Shown here piece after piece: positions 31,265 to 37,311 of a DNA stretch of 43,794 nt. The notes beneath the pieces were generated by a model. It was not told where the DNA came from. It searched no databases and was given only the letters and a program-made list of their open reading frames with translations. The translations under genes and the position numbers were made by a program. Position 1 is the first letter of the stretch; each line of letters starts with the position of its first letter. Source of the DNA: an uncultured Candidatus Saccharibacteria bacterium (lineage in GTDB: Bacteria > Patescibacteriota > Minisyncoccia > Phycocordibacterales > EsbW-18); assembly GCA_964631485.1 (NCBI GenBank), contig CAZVYH010000004.1:4198-47991 (forward strand), in the 5' to 3' direction.

Positions 31265-31735
31265 TTATTCTGCTTTCGGTTCTTCCGATGCCGTAGCCGG
31301 CTCCGTTGCTTCTGTTGGTGCAGCCTCTTTCGGTTCTTCTGCAGGAGCTTGTTCCGGGGATACTACTTCTGCCGCGGGCTCTTGTGCTGCCGGAGCAGTA
31401 GCTTCTGCACTCGTAGGTGCCTGTGTTTGAGCCGCAACGTCTTCGGTCACCTCTTTTTTAATCGGGCTTTTTTTCGGAAGTACGTTTCGTTTTTTTCCTG
31501 CCAAGGCGCCTGAGGCAACGAGCATGTTGTACACCGTGTCAGACGGCTGAGCACCTTTTGAAATCCAATATTTTGCCTTTTCCGTATCGAGCGTCTTCTG
31601 TTTCGTTACCGCATTGTAAAAACCGACTTGATCGATATGTTTGCCGGCTTTGGGACCCTGCGTTGACTCAAGAACAACCACTCGAAAAGAGGGGTCATTT
31701 TTTCGTCCGACGCGCTGTAATCGTATTTTAAGCAT
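31265..31735 (-). CDS. rpsP: 30S ribosomal protein S16 with an Ala/Pro/Glu-rich C-terminal extension
   Basis: MLKIRLQRVGRKNDPSFRVVV...WISKGAQPSDTV is canonical S16 (about 85 aa). It is followed by a low-complexity tail of about 70 aa. Confidence 0.95.
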   Translation of the reverse strand: MLKIRLQRVGRKNDPSFRVVVLESTQGPKAGKHIDQVGFYNAVTKQKTLDTEKAKYWISKGAQPSDTVYNMLVASGALAGKKRNVLPKKSPIKKEVTEDVAAQTQAPTSAEATAPAAQEPAAEVVSPEQAPAEEPKEAAPTEATEPATASEEPKAE

Positions 31736-31768
31736 GTGAAATGAAAACTGCCGTTTGGCAGTCCCACT

Positions 31769-31797
31769 ACTCTACCAAATACACGCAAAAAAGACAA
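31769..31797 (-). promoter_or_regulatory. candidate promoter for rpsP
   Basis: The minus strand reads TTGTCT-N17-(TGg)TAGAGT, about 27 nt upstream of the rpsP ATG. It overlaps the T-tract of the upstream terminator. Confidence 0.4.
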
Positions 31798-31822
31798 TCC
31801 CACCCTTGCTGTGGGGTGGGAT
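31786..31822 (-). terminator. intrinsic terminator downstream of the secreted-protein operon
   Basis: A 9-bp stem, atcccaccc / gggtgggat, has an 8-nt loop. On the minus strand it is followed by TGTCTTTTTT. Confidence 0.6.
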
Positions 31823-31845
31823 GTGCCAAAAAACAGAAAGGGGGT

Positions 31846-32520
31846 TCAATTGCCGGACCAGGTGAACTTGTGCGTCCAGTTCGTCGAACTGTTGTTGGTG
31901 AAGTTGCGGCAGTCGACACCGGGAGTGCAGTAGTCACCGCTCGGGAACCGTGACGTGTTTTTGGATTTCGACGCACTGATGGTCGTGCTTGGGTAGCCCG
32001 CGTGTACATGCGTTCCGTACCACGGACAACTTGAGCCGGAGTCGTTGATCATCGTGCCAAGCGACTTAGAGTTGTACGTCCCCGAACCCGATGTTGCAAT
32101 AGGAAAATCGGACGTTGAATTCATTGAGATGTGTGTGAACCTCATCACGGCACGCAAGGTGTTGGATGCAATGTCGTAGACACGAACATCCTGCGTATCA
32201 CACACATTCTGGCCACTGCTTACCAGTCGGCGCTTACCGACGAGACGATTGGTCTCGTAGGGAGAACCGGCGCGCGAAAACGTGCCGCGGAAGTACACGT
32301 AGTTGGTACTCGTGTTGTCCCAGTCGAGGTAGTTCCCGCTGCCTGAGCCGCACCCGCCATCGTGAAAACCACAGGTGAGGTAGGGGCTCTGTCCGTTTGA
32401 CCCTGAAGCGGGATAGATCTTGACTAGGTAGGTGACGGCGGTGATGGCACTCTCCGCGGGCATGGAAAAACCGATGAGCGCGCCAATGAGAAGCGGGGCA
32501 AGCCAACGCAGACGCATCAT
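31846..32520 (-). CDS. secreted Cys-containing protein, candidate LasA/beta-lytic (M23A)-like metallopeptidase
   Basis: It has a signal peptide (MMRLRWLAPLLIGALIGFSMPAESA). Conserved-looking residues are H53-x12-D66 (FHDGGCGSGSGNYLDWD), H130 (RFTHISMN) and H171-x-H173 (YGTHVHAG), in the same order as M23A zinc and catalytic residues. There are six Cys and a strong SD (AAGGAGAG). That it is a real CDS is well supported; the family call is tentative. Confidence 0.45.
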   Translation of the reverse strand: MMRLRWLAPLLIGALIGFSMPAESAITAVTYLVKIYPASGSNGQSPYLTCGFHDGGCGSGSGNYLDWDNTSTNYVYFRGTFSRAGSPYETNRLVGKRRLVSSGQNVCDTQDVRVYDIASNTLRAVMRFTHISMNSTSDFPIATSGSGTYNSKSLGTMINDSGSSCPWYGTHVHAGYPSTTISASKSKNTSRFPSGDYCTPGVDCRNFTNNSSTNWTHKFTWSGN

Positions 32521-32550
32521 TCTCTCCTTTCTTGGTATGGTGTCGGTTGA

Positions 32551-33234
32551 TTACTGCGTGCTGATGTTTTCAGCGACCATCTGTACGAGACGGAAGAAGT
32601 CGGCTCTCGGCAAATCTGAGGTGTTGATGGTGGTATTGCCGAATGGTTCACGAATCCATGCACGGGCAATTTGCCCGTAGCCGTCCTCGGAGAGCGGCGA
32701 GATGATGACGGCGTCCCTGCCGCCGGTCATGATGACTTCCGGACGGTCAGACGCCACATCAATCAGGTCGTAATCAATCGCCGACCGACTGATGAGGACA
32801 AAGGGAACAATGCCGGTTGGTTGTGCGGGACCTTCGTATTCCCACACGACGCTCGTCGGCGTTCCGTTGCACGCGACCCCTTCCTTGCGAACCAACCGGT
32901 ACTCAGATGGAAGACTGAGTTCCAGATTGTATTCCACAGCGAGTTCCGGACTGATGCTCTCGGTCGTTGTAGCAAGACCGCAGATATCCTGAAACGTTGT
33001 GTACTCTTCCGGAACCGGGGTTCCCCGTGGGGCGAGGAAGATGCCGTTGATGTCGCCCACAAAGCGCGGCTTGGCACGCTCCTGCGCCTCCAGGGCGCTG
33101 TGGTCGGGAACCTGCGCAAGACGGATGGTGTCGTCAGCGACGAGCTCAGTGCGCAAAGAGAGCGCAACGATGATGCCGGTTGCGACGAGAAGAACGGAGA
33201 GAAGCAGAAAACGAGGCGAGAGAATGGTGTGCAT
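32551..33234 (-). CDS. hypothetical membrane-anchored or secreted protein, co-operonic with the M23A-like gene
   Basis: The 227-aa ORF has an N-terminal hydrophobic anchor (FLLLSVLLVATGIIVALSL) and two Cys. It lies 30 nt upstream of the next gene. I recognised no family. Confidence 0.7.
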   Translation of the reverse strand: MHTILSPRFLLLSVLLVATGIIVALSLRTELVADDTIRLAQVPDHSALEAQERAKPRFVGDINGIFLAPRGTPVPEEYTTFQDICGLATTTESISPELAVEYNLELSLPSEYRLVRKEGVACNGTPTSVVWEYEGPAQPTGIVPFVLISRSAIDYDLIDVASDRPEVIMTGGRDAVIISPLSEDGYGQIARAWIREPFGNTTINTSDLPRADFFRLVQMVAENISTQ

Positions 33235-33372
33235 GGTATGTTCCTTTTACGTGGTTGGTGATACTAAACGACGACGCGGAAAACAAAAACCTCCTTTCTG
33301 TTGTCAAAGATCTTTCTGGTGCCAGTGTATAGACAGATGATAAAGAGAAGATAAAGAACCCATGTATGTGGT

Positions 33373-33711
33373 TTATGCTTTCTGCCGGAGTGTGTCCGCA
33401 AGGTAAAAAATAGTGATCCCTGCGTTCCCCCACACAAATGGGAGCCAGAACGGGAAACCCAGTATGTGCGGCGTAGAATAATTCCATGCGTCAAACCAAA
33501 TACACAACGCCTCACTCAGTGGACCCAGAATAAAACAAAAGAGAAACACAGAAAACACCGTGCGACTTTTGGTAATGTAGAGCATCAGGCCGGACGTAAC
33601 GGCAAGTGCGAAGATAAGTACGTGTGCCGGATACCTCCAAAGAAACGCGACCGACAGTAGTGTCACAAGAGCAAGACAGCTGATGAAAAATATTTTTTGT
33701 CGGCGCGTCAT
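33373..33711 (-). CDS. small multi-pass membrane protein, unknown function
   Basis: The 112-aa ORF has three to four hydrophobic segments and the motif WFDAWNYSTPHILGFPFWLPFVWG. Confidence 0.7.
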   Translation of the reverse strand: MTRRQKIFFISCLALVTLLSVAFLWRYPAHVLIFALAVTSGLMLYITKSRTVFSVFLFCFILGPLSEALCIWFDAWNYSTPHILGFPFWLPFVWGNAGITIFYLADTLRQKA

Positions 33712-33730
33712 GCCTTCAGCGTACTATATT

Positions 33731-33773
33731 TAAAACAAATACTCACCTGTGCGCTGTGTCGCGTGCAGGTGAG
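33731..33773 (-). terminator. intrinsic terminator downstream of the 199-aa membrane protein gene
   Basis: A stem of about 13 bp, ctcacctgtgcgc / gcgtgcaggtgag (including 2 G-U pairs), has a 6-nt loop. On the minus strand it is followed by TATTTGTTTTA. Confidence 0.5.
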
Positions 33774-33827
33774 CCTTGAAAGAACGACCCACGGAACCGG
33801 CGAATGTGTTTTCCCACTAACGCAAGG

Positions 33828-34427
33828 TTACGAAGGGTTTGCGTGCCCCTCCGGTTCCCAATTCTCCGGCATCTTCGGGGCTCTCTGATCAACCATCTCC
33901 CAAAGACGCTCAGACCATTGGTACGTCCGGGTAAACACGTTCGGCCACAAGAGATTGAATGAAATCAGATAGAAGTAGCTCTGTGAGTACCTCTCAATCT
34001 CACACCCCATGATTCCGTCGATGTCTTTGTCGACGTATGGGCCGGGTCCGAGCGCAAGGAGCGGTTCAATGAGGGTTTTCTGCCCCTCTTTCGCCATGAT
34101 GCGTTTGCAAAGTTCATGTATGAACGGACGGAGATTGTCCGCCGTTCTGTGCTTCTTTTTCCAGAGGTTCGTGCGTCTCTCCTCCAGGTCCCTCGCCTGT
34201 TCCCGGAAATTTCCCGAGAAGTAGAGCAGTGCAAGAGCAAGAAAGAACGCGGCGAACGCAAGTTGGTGGCGGGATGCCACCAGGAGCACACCGGCTGTCA
34301 GAAACAACTTGACCGCGGCGGCGAACGCAATCCACATACACTTCCGCAGATTCTTAATCCGACTGAACACGGTTCCCTCCCCGGGACATACGTTATCGGT
34401 GAACGTTTCTGTCTCAGGTATACACAA
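33828..34427 (-). CDS. hypothetical membrane protein (2 TM segments plus a soluble C-terminal domain)
   Basis: The 199-aa ORF has TM segments WIAFAAAVKLFLTAGVLLVA and LAFAAFFLALALLYF, then a charged domain of about 120 aa. G+C is elevated. An alternative start (MWIAF) is at 34337. Confidence 0.65.
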   Translation of the reverse strand: MCIPETETFTDNVCPGEGTVFSRIKNLRKCMWIAFAAAVKLFLTAGVLLVASRHQLAFAAFFLALALLYFSGNFREQARDLEERRTNLWKKKHRTADNLRPFIHELCKRIMAKEGQKTLIEPLLALGPGPYVDKDIDGIMGCEIERYSQSYFYLISFNLLWPNVFTRTYQWSERLWEMVDQRAPKMPENWEPEGHANPS

Positions 34428-34492
34428 TTACATAATCGAGGTCAACAAAACCGCGCGAGTCATACTTTTAAAAATGTGGTATTGTTACTGAA

Positions 34493-36472
34493 ATGAAAGG
34501 AAAAAAGAAGGAGAAACGCCCCCGCCACGCGCACCACGCGCATACCAAAAAAAGCCCGTCGACGACGCGGTTTGAAAACACTATCCGCACAATTGCCCGC
34601 GGCGTCGGTTTCGTGCCGCACCCGACCCTTGATAAGGAAGACGTTCGTATTGAGAACGAATTTCTTAACACGGCACTTAATGGAGACTTGGTGGAAGTTG
34701 AACTTCTCGGAAAAAAACTGCGTGACCAACACCTCGGACGTGTTACCCGCATCGTACACCGTATGCGTACAAAATTCGTCGGAAACACCGTTGAAGAGGA
34801 CGGCATGCTGTTTGTGATACCCGATGACAGAAAAAGTTACATACACATTCTGCTCTCCAAGGAAGAAAAACTCGCTCCCGGTGAGAAAGTCTTCGTTGAG
34901 CTCCTGCCCTGGAACGACCCGGCCGAAACCCCGCGGGGAAAGGTGCTTGAACGGCTTGGTTCCAAAGGCGTTCATGAAGTTGAAATTCGATCTATTATTT
35001 TGGAGAAAGGAATTGACGACACTTTCCCGAAAAACGTGGAAGACGAAGCAGAAGCAATCCACGCAACATACAAAACAGAAGAACACCTAAGGGGACGGAA
35101 GGATTTCCGCGGTGTACCGACATTTACCGTTGACCCGGTCGACGCAAAAGATTTTGACGATGCCCTTTCGTTTCGGTTTTTGTCCGACGGCACGTACGAG
35201 GTAGGTGTGCATATCGCCGACGTCTCGCATTTCGTCACTCCCGCAAGCGCGCTCGATTTGGAGGCGAAGAAACGAGCATTTTCTGCGTACCTCGTTGACC
35301 GCACCATTCCGATGCTTCCCGAGGTTCTTTCAAACGACCTCTGTAGTTTGAAAGCCGACATTGACCGTCTGACGTATTCCGCGTGGTTTGTCATCACCAA
35401 GGACGGAGTCGTGCTCTCCAGAAATTTCGGCAAGTCAATTATTCACTCACAAAAACGGTTCACGTATGAAGAAGCCCAGGATGTTCTGAACGCCGGCAGC
35501 GGCACGTATTTTGAAGAACTCTCCGCGCTCAACGCCGTCGCGAAGAAGTCACGAGACGAACGTATGCGCGCCGGTGCAATCGACTTTGAGCAACACGAGG
35601 TGCGTTTTGAACTTGCCGACGACGGTGTCCCTCTGTCCGCATACCTGAAAGAACGTCTTGATACACACAAACTTATCGAGGAGTTCATGCTGCTTGCAAA
35701 CCGGGAAGTTGCCGAGTATGTGTACCGCACATACGAGAAAAAACGTCACGCATTTATATACCGCATTCACGACACGCCGAATATGGACAAGATTAAAGAC
35801 TTGGCTGAGTTTGCGCACGCTCTCGGCCACACGCTTGAAGTTTCTCCGAAAGGAACTGTCTCGGGAAAGGCGTTGAACAAACTTTTTGTGGATGTTGCCG
35901 GCACACCCGAAGAAGACCTTATTGCGACAGCGGGTGTCCGTTCCATGGCAAAGGCAGTGTACTCAACAGCAAACATCGGCCACTTTGGTCTTGCGCTTCC
36001 TGCGTACACGCATTTCACGTCACCGATTCGCCGATACGCCGACCTCACCGTGCACCGGTTGCTGTACCACCTGCAAACACAAGGACAACTGCCGAATGAA
36101 GAGTATCCGATATACGCGGCTATTGCCGAGGCAATCTCTAACCGCGAGCTCTCCATTATTGAAGCCGAGCGCGAATCCATTAAGCTCAAACAGGCCGAAT
36201 ATATGAATGCGCGCATCGGCCAGACGTTTGACGCGGTTATCTCCGGAGTGTCCGAGTGGGGTGTGTTTGTTGAGGAAATCAATACACACGCGGAAGGACT
36301 CATCCGTCTTTCCGACATGCCTGACGACTACTATCGTTTTGAGCAAAAGAAATACCGCATTGTCGGACAAAAAAACAGAAAAACGTACGCGCTTGGCGAT
36401 CCGGTGCGCATAACCGTCAAGGCGGTTGATATAGATAAAAAACTTATCGAATGTTCACTCGCTTCAGAATAA
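34493..36472 (+). CDS. rnr: ribonuclease R (RNase II/RNB family)
   Basis: The RNB catalytic motif is FTVDPVDAKDFDDALSF and the downstream HFGLALPAYTHFTSPIRRYADL is present. The C-terminal S1 domain is GQTFDAVISGVSEWGVFVE. The N-terminal tail is basic. Confidence 0.93.
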   Translation: MKGKKKEKRPRHAHHAHTKKSPSTTRFENTIRTIARGVGFVPHPTLDKEDVRIENEFLNTALNGDLVEVELLGKKLRDQHLGRVTRIVHRMRTKFVGNTVEEDGMLFVIPDDRKSYIHILLSKEEKLAPGEKVFVELLPWNDPAETPRGKVLERLGSKGVHEVEIRSIILEKGIDDTFPKNVEDEAEAIHATYKTEEHLRGRKDFRGVPTFTVDPVDAKDFDDALSFRFLSDGTYEVGVHIADVSHFVTPASALDLEAKKRAFSAYLVDRTIPMLPEVLSNDLCSLKADIDRLTYSAWFVITKDGVVLSRNFGKSIIHSQKRFTYEEAQDVLNAGSGTYFEELSALNAVAKKSRDERMRAGAIDFEQHEVRFELADDGVPLSAYLKERLDTHKLIEEFMLLANREVAEYVYRTYEKKRHAFIYRIHDTPNMDKIKDLAEFAHALGHTLEVSPKGTVSGKALNKLFVDVAGTPEEDLIATAGVRSMAKAVYSTANIGHFGLALPAYTHFTSPIRRYADLTVHRLLYHLQTQGQLPNEEYPIYAAIAEAISNRELSIIEAERESIKLKQAEYMNARIGQTFDAVISGVSEWGVFVEEINTHAEGLIRLSDMPDDYYRFEQKKYRIVGQKNRKTYALGDPVRITVKAVDIDKKLIECSLASE

Positions 36473-36494
36473 AAAGGTTGTACAATTAACATAT

Positions 36495-36722
36495 ATGTTT
36501 GACGCGCTGTCCACATCAATTCCAAATACACTGTCTCCGGTTATTTTGTGGGTGCTCTATGTCATCGTTCTTCTTGTGTGGTCGCTCGTAAGCGGTATTT
36601 TGTGGTATCACTGGAACGCATACGACGGCGGAGGCAAGCGTGTAAAACGCGTTAAGCGTACCTTTTTTATCGGTTCCGCTATTATTTTGCTTCTAGCAGT
36701 GACGTTTATTTTCTCTCTATGA
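36495..36722 (+). CDS. small two-TM membrane protein
   Basis: The 75-aa ORF has two hydrophobic helices separated by a KRVKRVKR loop. Its stop overlaps the start of the next gene (ATGA). Confidence 0.55.
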   Translation: MFDALSTSIPNTLSPVILWVLYVIVLLVWSLVSGILWYHWNAYDGGGKRVKRVKRTFFIGSAIILLLAVTFIFSL

Positions 36723-37282
36723 GCGTTGAAAGCCTTATACAACTTGAACCGGGTGAACGAATACTTCTGGAGGTACGACGACACATGTTCATGCTTTACA
36801 GTAAAATGGCGTTTCTGCTCATTCTGTTTTTTATTCCTCTCGGACTCTCTCCTTTGTTTGCCCAACTGATAGACAAGACGACGGGGGGAGATTACGGCAG
36901 TGTACTGATGGGTTTCTTATTTATGCTCTGGTGCCTGTTCTTATGGGTGCTCTTTTTCTTCTACTGGACCGACTACTACTTGGATGTGTGGATTATCACC
37001 AGTAAGCATATTTTTGATATTGAACAGAAGTCTGTTTTTCGCCGTGAAATTTCTGTCACCCGTTTGGAACAAGTCCAAGATGTGACTATTTCTATTAACG
37101 GCCTGTTCGCCACGTTTTTAAAATTCGGAGACCTTCATATACACACCGCCGGGTCAGAGATTGACTTCACTATCAAAAATGCGGCCAACCCGATGCACGT
37201 CAAAGAAACCATCATGCGCGCACACGGAGAAACGTACCAGCCGCTCCAAACACAAGGGGCGCAGCAAACTCACGTAGAGTAA
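36719..37282 (+). CDS. membrane protein with a bacterial PH (bPH_2, YdbS/YdbT-like) domain
   Basis: LEPGERILLEVRRH, then two TM helices, then YLDVWIITSKHIFDIEQKSVFRREISVTRLEQVQDV...GDLHIHTAG. This layout is typical of bPH_2 proteins. Confidence 0.65.
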   Translation: MSVESLIQLEPGERILLEVRRHMFMLYSKMAFLLILFFIPLGLSPLFAQLIDKTTGGDYGSVLMGFLFMLWCLFLWVLFFFYWTDYYLDVWIITSKHIFDIEQKSVFRREISVTRLEQVQDVTISINGLFATFLKFGDLHIHTAGSEIDFTIKNAANPMHVKETIMRAHGETYQPLQTQGAQQTHVE

Positions 37283-37311
37283 AAGCCCCGATACGCAGGG
37301 GGTTTTTATTT
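37281..37311. terminator. candidate shared terminator between convergent genes
   Basis: The hairpin aaaagcccc / ggggttttt (one G-U pair) has a 9-nt loop. It spans the stop codons of both the bPH gene and smc. Confidence 0.45.

Noticed and set aside
31265-31440. Repetitive-looking DNA (gct/gca/tct-rich short repeats) that could be mistaken for a tandem repeat or a degenerate array.
   Set aside because: It is in frame with rpsP and simply encodes the Ala/Pro/Glu-rich tail. It has no regular repeat-spacer periodicity.
32671-33261. Long ORFs on the plus strand (196 aa) and in another minus frame (134 aa, 32763-33167) inside the 227-aa gene. Similar ORFs occur at 32131-32506.
   Set aside because: They are Arg-rich, lack start context, and all fall inside the GC-elevated islet, where stop codons are rare in every frame. 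I kept the frames that have a signal peptide or TM anchor, an SD and a terminator.
34460-35086. A 208-aa minus-strand ORF, antisense to the 5' part of rnr.
   Set aside because: It overlaps the RNase R gene almost completely, and that gene has unambiguous RNB/S1 motifs. Its translation is Phe/Cys/Val-rich with no recognisable motifs and no RBS. It is most likely a chance antisense ORF.
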